Below, piece by piece: positions 53,801 to 64,000 of a stretch of DNA of 64,000 bases. Source of the DNA: Iphione sp. A-MEVVRFRX5 (lineage: Eukaryota). Within the stretch, counting starts at the first letter, position 1, and every line of letters starts with the position of its first letter. Under the pieces are notes generated by a model. That model made no database searches, was not told the DNA's origin, and saw only the letters and a program-made list of their open reading frames with translations. The position numbers were made by a program, and so were the translations under genes. The stretch is from contig OZ320320.1 of NCBI GenBank assembly GCA_976226885.1, forward strand, positions 65,224,001 to 65,288,000, read 5' to 3'.

Positions 53801-56800
53801 GGCGAGCCAATGAGGTAATTGAACCGTTTGACAGTATTAGTTCAACATAAAGTTCCTCGGGGAAAACGGAATTGTGAACAGCCATTTAAGCAGCGCAATA
53901 TTGGCTGCGATGATGCATTGCCTACCAAGTTTGGTCACGTGGGTGTTCCCTTGAGTAAACTGAAAACTTCATTCAATTTCGCAGCGTGAGAAATGTTATT
54001 AAATCAAAGTCGTAAATCTAGCCAGTATAGTGTTGTATGCCCATTTACACAGTGTTATTTCCAATTGCTCGTCCTAATCATTATTTCATGCTTTTATGGT
54101 TTTCAGGAGCTTTTTTGCTTTCACTCGGTGGTATCTCAATATTTTTGTGAAAATTGATCCTTTAATTGTGGACACACAGCCTTCAATGTTTTTGACGAAA
54201 CCAAAGTTCCTCTTCGCTTTTAAGCACTTTTGAGAGTATCCTGGTGCAACAGATGTCGCAATATATCCTGCAACCTTCCACATTAAGTAAAGAGAATCCT
54301 TTAATTTTAGACACATATCCTTAAATGTTTTTGGAGATACCCAAAGTTCTCCAGTTCTTAACAGTTTGTTTCTACAGTCACCTTTACAGGAGATCTTCAC
54401 TTGTTAATTTTAGTGAAATTAAAAAGAAACATTAATTTTATTATACAGACAATAATATGCCTAACTAAACGTAACATCTTCCACAGCTCATTCTTGAAGA
54501 CTCTGCGCTCCTCTCTCTTGACGGTCACACGGAGATCCTTCCAACTCCTTCCCTTTCGGGCATCGTTAAGAGTGTCCTGGTGCGACGGTTGTCGCATTAT
54601 GTCCTCTGACCTTCTGTTTTAAGTGAAATACATCATGGTCAATACTTGAAATAATACGGTAGAAAGGCTTACGTCCGTTCTTGGTTAGAGCACAGCGCTT
54701 GGTGATCCTTTTGTATATACCCTTTTGTATATACCACACATGTAAAAATGGTAATATACAACAGGAATCAACGGCTGTGCGTGGAGTAATAATCAATAGC
54801 TCGACTGAAACCAAGTGGTGAATTGTAACACTTCATGCGTCATCGCAAATAGTGAAAAGAGACTGTATGGTAAACACAGCGCTAGTTAAGGGGCTGTGCG
54901 TCGACTATTGTGAGGTATGGACTTTTGAATCACGTTAGCTGTTATTCTCTGGCAAACTGAATTTACCAGAGAAGGTGACACTCGCCGATACTGAGAGTTC
55001 GAGTGTGCACAGAAAACATAGATCAATACAGAATGTTCGGCACAAAGATTTCATCATTAGGTTTAATGACACCACAGCGCAGGAGACAGCATAGGAACAA
55101 CCATAGGCTATGACAGAATGAATGCAACAAGGATAGGCGCAAGGGTTCACTTCGCAGACCAGAAATCCAAAGACAGCACATCACACGACCCTTTAATAAA
55201 CAAGAGTGGACCTTGCTGACTGGCTTATCGACTAGTACATGTCAAACTCTACAGGATAAATGTTCAGCAGCTCACCCTACGAAGAGTTACTACATACGAT
55301 CAGTTACACACATGCTTTGACTTCACACACATATATAAATGTATATTATTCTCTCATTTTGAAAACTTACATGCTCCTTCTGGTGTTTTCCCTTCCTGAC
55401 TCCTTTTCTTTCTCTCTACGTTTTTTGTCTAGATCTTCCTCCCCACACATGCAACCTAACTATTGCTACTTCCTTCGAGTGTTTCTATGAATGTTTAAAG
55501 GAGCGTTGATGACCACCTGCCATAGCCATAACCTAACAGTATGGAATACATGTATACCAGAACGTTCTACGCCGTGAAATTAATATTTGCTAGTGCTTAC
55601 CATCACCATAGGTTTGCATAGTGAAAGATGTAGAGCCAGGAATCTACTTGTCCCATGATAATTCCCGTTGACTGGCGTATAAGACTGGTCAAGACATTAT
55701 TCCCTTTATTATCATGTGTTAAATATAGTATTGACCTACGACATCTAGGTTAGCACCGAAAGTCATGTTTTGATAGAATCTACTTGCAGGTGAATTTGTG
55801 CATTGATTTAATGAATAATTGACATATAAATTATTTAGCAGGAAAGCAAATCTTTCAAACGGTTAATGTATTCTGTTTATCAATTCCTTTCATAATAGAC
55901 TTCGAAATAACGTAAAGATGCAAACTTGCATTTCGACGTATCAATAAAAGATTGGCAGCACTTGCCATTCGGTTCATCAAGCATTGGTTTTAGACCATCT
56001 ATAAACAAAATATTTGACAACTGAATATATTTTTACACAAACGCACGTGCGGCCCCACTTACTTTGCACGGTACAATGCAGACGATATTTATGTATTTTC
56101 GAGAAAGATCCATGTCCTCTAAAACCCATCGCCTCGTCGTATTCTCGATAGGTCCACGTAGAAGCTATCAGTATGAGTCTTCTCCGCACCTTGTGACTTT
56201 GAGTAGGCGTACACTGGGTTCATATCACACGGATCGCATGGAAATCTATGAATCGACGCAGCTAAATGCAAATGGCATTTACACGTAAAAAAGTCAGCAC
56301 ATAGTCGTAGAGTAGAACATGGTTTTATAGTACATGTATGTGCAAACAGCATCAAGAGTAGTTATGCAGGTTATGCGAGATTAGTCTCAGGTGTTCTGCA
56401 TGAGCTGAGACAATTACGGAGACACTTTAAAACGATGGAAATAAAGGTTATTTGGTTAGGAAGTACATTGTTTTTAGGCCTAGTGCAATAAAACGCCTGC
56501 GTTTCCGGTGACCTGAGCGAACCTACATGTTGGACTTTTTTTCATTGTTTTGTGTACCATCTTTAGAAAGAACAAAGCTATAGACATGTACAATACATGT
56601 ACATGTTTCCTTTGTTATGACCTTTGGAGAATCAACCACATTGCACACAATGTCTAAGATAAAATAATCATTCCTATACCCCTCCTCGTTTTTCATATAT
56701 CATTTTAATTGCTTCAAGCTATATGTATAATTGATTCTTCGATATCTTTATCATAGTCAAGGCAACGTCCTGCACCCCCACTTATCAAAACCGTGAGAAA

Positions 56801-57137
56801 ACTACCCACGAACAAAATCAAGAGTGAAAGTTAAAACTTCAAAACCCCGAAACCTCATGTACCGTGCAACAAACCAGAAATAATCCAGGCATATTCATAA
56901 AGGAGCAATGTTCAGGCCCAGCCTGTTTGCATATCATTGTGTAGCGTGTAGTCGAGCTGACGAGATATCTGGCCTCGGTACAGCAAGTTACTGGGTGATT
57001 TGTTAATAACAATCTTACCATGGTAACTACAACTTTTTCAGCAGTACAGTATCAGTGACACCATTGACATTATTTAGTATCCAAACCTAGATTACTTCAG
57101 AATTTTGCCAAAAATGTCTGGGTCCACGTATGATAGT

Positions 57138-57168
<31 letters not shown>

Positions 57169-58519
57169 CCAAATAAAGGATTTATTTGTATATTAATATG
57201 ACGGCTTAACCAATGTACATGTACTCGACTCACCTGGACAACCGCATGACGTTTCTGCGTGGTATGGAATGTTCAATACTTTCACTTTCAACATCTTCTT
57301 CTGTGAACAATGTTTGTCAGTCGTTCCCTGCCAATAATGTAAATAAGTGTACATTTTGATGTAAATCTTTAAGATCATTACGTAAAACTGTCAAACTTGT
57401 TCTGTTTCCATGGTAACCAAATAGTTGAACGATTAATGTTTTGAAATAAAGTACAATGCAAAGGGCCTTCATATGGTATATTACATCACATGTTGTGTGC
57501 AAAAGAGAAATCTACAGGAGAGCATGATATACTCAAATCAATTATATATCATACTATCATCTTTCTGAGCGGTCAGAAAGAAGTCAACCCCATCCAAACG
57601 TTCGATAAGTTACACAATCCTAAGTTTAAAACTCCTGTTTCCTCCATAGATGATTCAGGCAATGAATCCGAATGAAACATGGGCAAGAACGTAAAGGTAC
57701 GAACATCGCAGAAAACTGATAGTCACGAAGTGCGTCGAAGGTTAGAGGTTGATTCGCATCAATCCTAGAAGGTGGGGTCCATGGGCGTCCTCAAGAGGCT
57801 CATCGTCTAGAGGGAAAAGGTGACTAGATCGGTTGACCGTATTAACATTTCGGCTGAGAGGGGAGCAGCTTCAGTGTACACGAGTGGATGATAATGCAAG
57901 CATAAAAAAGAGGGGAGCAGCTGATGGATTGACGGCATTATATGCGGTCATGGTGATAAGGTGGGTTTCCATCGCTATCTTTGCTCAGAGGCCACAGTGA
58001 TCGCTGGGATGCTTGTCCATCATCTGTCCGTAAATGGACCCCAACTTTCCTAGCTCCATGCGTCTCTTTGTTGTTTGGCGAGGACCCAGTTCCAGGGGTT
58101 GAATGAAAGGAGAACAAAAAGAAGCTGTAGAGATACAGGGTAGTCTCCTATTACTGGAGGAATATTACCTGTTATGGTGGCAGCTTGAAGTCAATGCATG
58201 TTTTGCAAAATGTGGTATCAAGTACGGGCTTATACTAGTTATTGAATGTTTCTCTGGTTTATTTGCAGATAGGTCTGAGCGCGGGAATGTAATGAAGCAA
58301 TATTAAGAAAGTTTATTGTGTTGATTACGATATCTGGAGTAGGAGAAGCAAGCAATATGCTGACCTTTGCGCAGATTAGGCAATGCTCTTACTATATGCA
58401 AACCATTCTATGGCTTTAAACATAAGTCGTACGCACACAGACTCTTAAACAACGGTTTATGAACATTACCACCGAATGTGCACTCGATGCTTGTCAAATT
58501 AAACTGATACTAGTATGAT

Positions 58520-61500
58520 GGAACTTTTATTTACCCTGGCAACATACCGAAACCAGCCATAATACTACAACAGTTCTGATCTTTCTCAATTCTATCAATG
58601 TACGATGCTATATACTCTATGTACAGGTATTTACACTATATACAACATAACAATTAGGACTTTGTCAAGCAATGCAATAATGATACATATTTTGTAACTG
58701 ATGGAAACCTCAGATAACTAATAATTTTAACAATAGGAGACCAATGTGAGCATGGATTAGAACAATACATAATTCATGATACTCTCCCGTTTTCACTTGA
58801 TAGACGATTGAACAGTTCTTGCTAAACGTTACACTTAAATCGTACCTTTTCAGGTACTTTCAGTGAGTCACTACGTTTGTTTCATAATTTGATTGTCAGG
58901 TAGGAGCGATTTAATTCATAGTTAGCTTTCCTAGGTTGAGGGAGTGGTAGGTTTTCTTTTTCGTAATCTATTTGTGCTTTGCATTTTGATAAAGGGATGG
59001 ATTAATTCTTTCCGGGAGGTCGAAAGAGCAAAAATAGTGGCTCCTCAATTCCAATGGCAGGATTTTGAGTTTCTTACATAAGGAATGGTAATCTAACCGA
59101 AAGTAGCCAGAGGATAGTCTCATTGCATTTTGTTGTTGTTTATCCAATTTCTAGAACTCAAGTGAGTTATAAGCATGTATTGAGCCAATTCCATAATCTA
59201 AGATAGTACATGTAATAAAATATGTTTTTAGGACCTGGATTGCTAGATTGCGATTTATATTTATCGACTGCCTAATCAGGTTCAAGATCGGATAAGATTT
59301 TTCCAATTTTTTGTTCATTTCCAATTTCATGTTCAAGTTCGAACCCAGCGTCAAACCTAGATATTTGTAACATTTGACATGCTTGATCACAGTTGAGTTT
59401 ACATGTATCTCCATTTTGTACTCACTGTGTTTATTCCTAGAGTAAGTGAAGAGCATACTGTCAGTTTTTCCCAAATTCATTTTTATGCCATTAGCAGTGT
59501 ACCAATCGTTTAGTCTAGTTAAGTCTTCTTTCAGTATCTCTTCAATAGTATACTGAACAGAGAAAGGTCAATAAAACATTAAAACATTGAGAATAAAAAA
59601 TCGTCACTTTTCTATTTTTGTACGTTATCACGATTCATTTGTTCCAATTGTCCAAGGATATTTTTTTTATACTGAACAGAGAAAGGTCAATAAAGCATTA
59701 AAACATAGTATAGGGGATTTTGGCTGTGTACAGCAGAATGGTGTCATCAGCGTACATTACACTATGTGAATGCTGTAATACTCGTATACTGTCGTTGATA
59801 AATAGGGAGAACAAGAGAGGATCCAAAATAACTTCCTTGCGGGAAACCAGTGGGGAATGAAGAAATCATTGTTGTGATTAATCTATTCTCTAAATACGAT
59901 TTAAACCATGGTATTACCCTTGAGAAACCCAGTTTATCTAACTTTTTTAGCAGGATATTATGTTGAATACTATCAAATGCGTTTTGATAGTCTACAAATA
60001 ATGCCCCTACCAGTTTACCTCCATTCATATTGGAATGGATGAAACGAAGAACATCGTTCAGGGCGTCCATGGATCTAGCTTTCCGAAATCCATATTGATT
60101 GGGGCATAGAATATTGTTGTTATTAATGAATCTAATGCACTGCACGGAGGCCAATCGTTCAAGAATCTTTACAAATATGGGTAAAATACTGACTGGACGA
60201 TATGAATTTGCATCAAATCGCCCACCCTTACCTTTGTACATCGGGGTAATACATGCGGTCTTCCATCTTCCTTGGATACTTCCATTCAGTATCGTCTGGG
60301 TTACGATCTGACCTGCATGTGGAGAAGCCAAAATGTTCTCAATATGTAAACAGTTTTGTTTATCAGGGTATTAGGGAGTGGAATAAACTTGCAGTAGGTG
60401 TAAGAGTGAAGAAGAAGCAATATTTTAGAACTGACATTAAAAAAAGCTTGAAGTTTTGAAAAATATGTAAGAAATATGAGGAAATGCAATAAGTTTATGT
60501 ATCTAATAGCCATGATGTGTTAGAAGAGATGCTGTTGTTGCAAAACAATAAATTGATGTATATTACGTTATACTTGGTGCAAAAGGAATATCATTTTGTA
60601 TGAAATGGCATGGTGTTCAATAAACATTTGAAACAAATATTTGAAACATTTAGAAGTCTACTGACTAAACAAGTTTTAACTATTCCACTAGACTCGATAT
60701 TTGCGCCTGTAGGTTTGGAATCCTTCTGTAGTGAAATTACCTTTTCAACATCCTTAGTAGAAAAGGGCTTGAATTCAAATTGATCTGGCACTGCATCTAT
60801 GTAGTGAAGAATTATTTATGGTTTATATCATACGGACATATGCCCACTGTTGCGAAATGTTTGTTGAACGCAGATAGTAGTCTTTTGCCCTCCTTCAACC
60901 TTAGAGTAGAATTTACTATATTTAGGCCCAGGCATCTCTTCAGTGCTCCCCAGTATTTTATTTGATTAGTACTATTAATTTAATTTGCTTTAGTGCAGTG
61001 GTTAGATTTTTCAATATTAATTCTTTCTCAATATTTCAATTTCATATCAGTTGCTTCTTTGAATAATTCACTAGATTTCAGTGGAATGGCTTTCTTGAAT
61101 AGACAATTTTTTGGTGGATCAAGTCACAAGTTGCCTTTGCATGCCATTGTTGTTTTGTATGTAAGTAACGACTGTGCTTAGGTTTACTAATATCATTTAC
61201 CAGCCTCTCAATTAAGAGTTCAAACCTTAGTGCGGTATAGTCAATACTAGTGCGTCTAAATACAAATGTTAATATGGAACGTCCTTTATCTAAAAGACAT
61301 TCAATAAGTCGCTAATCATGCCACTTACTCCATGCATGGTCGATACATAAATGCGGGGTTATCTATATTGTTTCTTATAAAGACTAACTCGATCGTGGTT
61401 GCAAAATGTCCATTAATGAATAATTTTGAAACTGTGGTTTTACTACTATCTCCTGCATTAGTACGAATTAAGTCAATACATGACGATTCAGACGGAATCT

Positions 61501-62400
61501 ATCTTGTTGGATCCCGCACTGTCTGGTTCAGGTTAAAGTTTTTACAAAAGTGCAACAACTTGCCTCTTTTCCGATTTTTAGTATCTAAATGGTCCATATT
61601 AAAATCTCTTATTATGACTATTGTTTCACTAGTGGTATAAGTCAATTCCGTAGCCCTATCTAAAGCATCAAAAAATTGCTGATTATTTCCATTTAGGGGT
61701 CTGTATACAGCAAGTGTATTCAGTTCTCTGCCATGTTCGGGACTGACTTTATGACACGAGAGTTCAATGTGTTTAGTAGAGACATTGTGGTTTTTCAGGC
61801 TTTCATTGTCAAGAGCTATGGAGTTTCTATAAAACACTACCAGTCCCCCACCTATTCCAAATTCACGGTCAAGCCTCGACACATCAAAACCTGGTATGCT
61901 GATCACGCTATTAGGAATATTATCAGGTTTTAACCATGAATCAGGCACATGGACTGAATTTTAACTGATCCATGCATTGGGACTTAGGTGAACATTTTTC
62001 TCCATCCAAATGATTTCTAGATGGTTAATATGGGACCTTTGTATTAAGGCTACTTGAAGGATTAATGTCCTATCCCAACATTGACTGTTTAGAGTATCTT
62101 TCCTAAAATAACATCCTCTACTTTACCAAGACAACATAGAATATTGGAAAGCTGGACAGAGACGCAGCACTTGAAATTGAGCATCCAATGTGGCAGAAAC
62201 CACATGACAGTAAAAAAAACACTAACAAATCGCGCTTCCCTTTGTAGGACGAATCTGACTTAGAGTAAAAGATGCACGTTAGTGTATAAAATACTTTTTT
62301 CCTAGTTTTGCACCCTACACATGGTAGAGAATGGATCATGCACTGGTAGATATTTCTTGCCTGGATGAATGCGCAACATCATATGGTTTATCATCCATCA
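58520..62400 (-). mobile_element. Decayed non-LTR retrotransposon (CR1/L2-group LINE) with APE endonuclease and reverse transcriptase, frameshifted
   Basis: Endonuclease motifs SWLKP...IPGFDVSRLDREFGIGGGLVVFY, YRP, RDFN and VRDPTR (61499-61948). RT motifs WKTACITPMYKGKG...NSYRPVSILP, NQYGFRK, DYQNAFDSI, GFPQGS (59762-60331), YADD at about 59743-59754 and KYLG (59151-59480). The 3' tail ends near 58520. Multiple stops and frameshifts; boundaries approximate. Confidence 0.9.
60310..60650 (+). mobile_element. 5'-truncated LINE 3' end inserted antisense inside the RT of the larger LINE
   Basis: + frame DLHVEKPKCSQYVNSFVYQGIREWNKL...FRTDIKKSL* matches the SF.Y.G...WN.LP C-terminus of CR1/L2-group ORF2. 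It is followed by a UTR and the tail AATAAACATTTGAAACAAATATTTGAAAC, and it splits the host RT between KTCL.. and ..ILNGSIQGRWK. Confidence 0.7.
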
Positions 62401-63239
62401 TAAGTGTCATTGTGAAAATGTTGTCGTAATCCGTATCATTAAAAAAATATCATGCGAGGACTATTTACACATGTAATTAATACGGCAGAAACTCCGAAAA
62501 GAAAACAGGACTAATGGCGAGAACAAACATCAACTCCCTGAGACTTCTGATTACCGAATACCAGAGGGAAATCTCTTTTAGCATGCACTCTATTTCCACA
62601 AGCTTGTAATATCATATGGATGATTTCAGGACATGGGACACTGCCCTTGCGTACTGCCCACTTGGTCACTCTGAAAGCGAACTCTTCATATATTACAGTA
62701 TTATAGAGAGGAGATCGAATATTAACCCGGTATCCTGGACTAGGAGGAGGTATCCCGACCCTAGATATAGAAACGAGTGCTCAACAAACTGTAACTCTTG
62801 CAAGTTACATAACTGACGTTGACGGTGTTTTACGAAAGAATTATCATGATGAGGTAGTGTTGAAGGTCATGTGACTATCCTCTTGGAGAGGGTAATGGAT
62901 GCCGCTTAAGACTAACATGGTGCTTTCCAAATTGGATCTTCGGCGGCGAACTTCTTTGACCCCATCGGTATCAGATTACTTCAAGTACGGTGAAAGCTAT
63001 TCCTGACCATTTGTCGACGGAATGTATAGTTATAAAACCCATCCTATCGACATTCCCCTTTCCTTCAGTTATCGAGAAGTTTCTTGTTGATCTGTCCGCA
63101 TATGAATCGCTCGTTCCTCGACTTTGTACAAACGACTACCTCGGGAAAAAAGAACGCTTGGTTTCATAGTCGTTCCGCATTTAATAAAGGTTGTGTCCTC
63201 CTCCGTCTTCTCCACCTGGAATAACTGATAGGATCCCTC

Positions 63240-63430
63240 TTGGCCTACCATAGCAGGTGGCTGCGTCTACCATGGCGCAAGCCTCTCGGAAGGCACCAGG
63301 TATCATAGCAACGTTACGTACCCGTGCGCAGGCGTAGACGTAATCTTCACGGGGTCATCTACGTGACATGCATGCAGCAGAGCTTCGCTAATGGCAATTA
63401 ACGAGGCTCATGAGGTCGACGAGTTTCTCC
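63240..63430. promoter_or_regulatory. CpG-rich promoter-like patch, possibly containing a + strand first coding exon (63272-63299, MAQASRKAP)
   Basis: CTACCATGGCG...CACCAG|GTATCA, followed by CATAGCAAC (RFX-like half site), TGCGCAGGCG (NRF1-like) and ACGTGAC motifs. No downstream exon identified in the window. Confidence 0.25.
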
Positions 63431-63579
63431 CACCCTCATTATTTAAGGGAACTGCCAATGGTGAACGTGTGCCATTCTGGAGAAGTATTGCACCGTGTCT
63501 CTTTTGAAGTTTTACATCCTGACCGCCTACTTTAAAAGAAGCCGTCTTTCTATAACGACCTCTTCTCGCCATGACGTTC

Positions 63580-63659
63580 CTATATCGTCAAAGTTTTCTC
63601 TCCGCAAGGATCAAGTCGTTTCTATATCGTCAAAGGTTTCCCTCCGCAAGGAACAAGTC
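63580..63659. repeat. 42-bp-period tandem duplication
   Basis: CTATATCGTCAAAG(T/G)TTTC(T/C)CTCCGCAAGGA(T/A)CAAGTC at 63580 and 63622. Confidence 0.9.
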
Positions 63660-64000
63660 TAAAGATTCCCTACCAATGATACCAGCAAATATTCCCCTGT
63701 AGCCAGATGATCATATTCTCTATCAAGTCCATTTGTTCTGATGTATTCCATAGAACACTTAACATGTCAGCCATGTTATTTAGAGTCGGCAAACAGGTTG
63801 TATCTATCTGTGTAACTTGGAGTAAGCATATTCATATTGCAGATTAATATTGATGGGCCCTCTTATCTAAGTGGTATTGTGTATAGAAATAGCGAGGGAG
63901 TGAAAAAACAAGACAGAAAGTGAATGATAGCAGCAGCGAACGCTCACATTCGTCCTGTCCAGCTGGACCTTGATGAGAAACTCAAACATACGAGGCCATC

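Noticed and set aside
55977-56189. GHGSFSKI resembling a kinase glycine-rich loop
   Set aside because: No VAIK, HRD or DFG exons found nearby; likely chance.
59337-59346. tRNA B-box-like GTTCGAACCC
   Set aside because: Lies within LINE ORF2 coding remnants, with no A-box or cloverleaf.

Overview
Eukaryotic (animal) genomic DNA, intron-rich, roughly 40% GC by eye, with microsatellites, MITEs and decayed LINEs. The frequent TACATGTA motifs and the repeat style suggest an amphioxus-like invertebrate, but that is inference. The one well-supported gene is on the minus strand and is invisible in the ORF track because it is spliced. It is a secreted cystine-knot (agatoxin-like peptide, ALP-type) precursor: signal-peptide exon 15012-14943 and propeptide exon 8110-8044 (ending in KR), followed by TWO alternative terminal exons, 6359-6206 and 5342-5156. 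Each terminal exon encodes a different 8-Cys knottin with the CxCNLWxxNCxC motif, an amidation signal and its own AATAAA about 140 nt past the stop. This is a calcitonin/CGRP-like two-peptides-from-one-gene design. A candidate non-coding first exon with a CAG repeat and GC-rich promoter lies about 29 kb upstream (44.5-45.0 kb). The rest is mostly intron or intergenic DNA: a decayed CR1/L2-group LINE (58.5-62.4 kb) with a nested antisense LINE 3' end, other LINE fragments, several MITEs, an 80-bp x4 minisatellite and GA-microsatellite-bounded duplications. No rRNA, tRNA or CRISPR was found.
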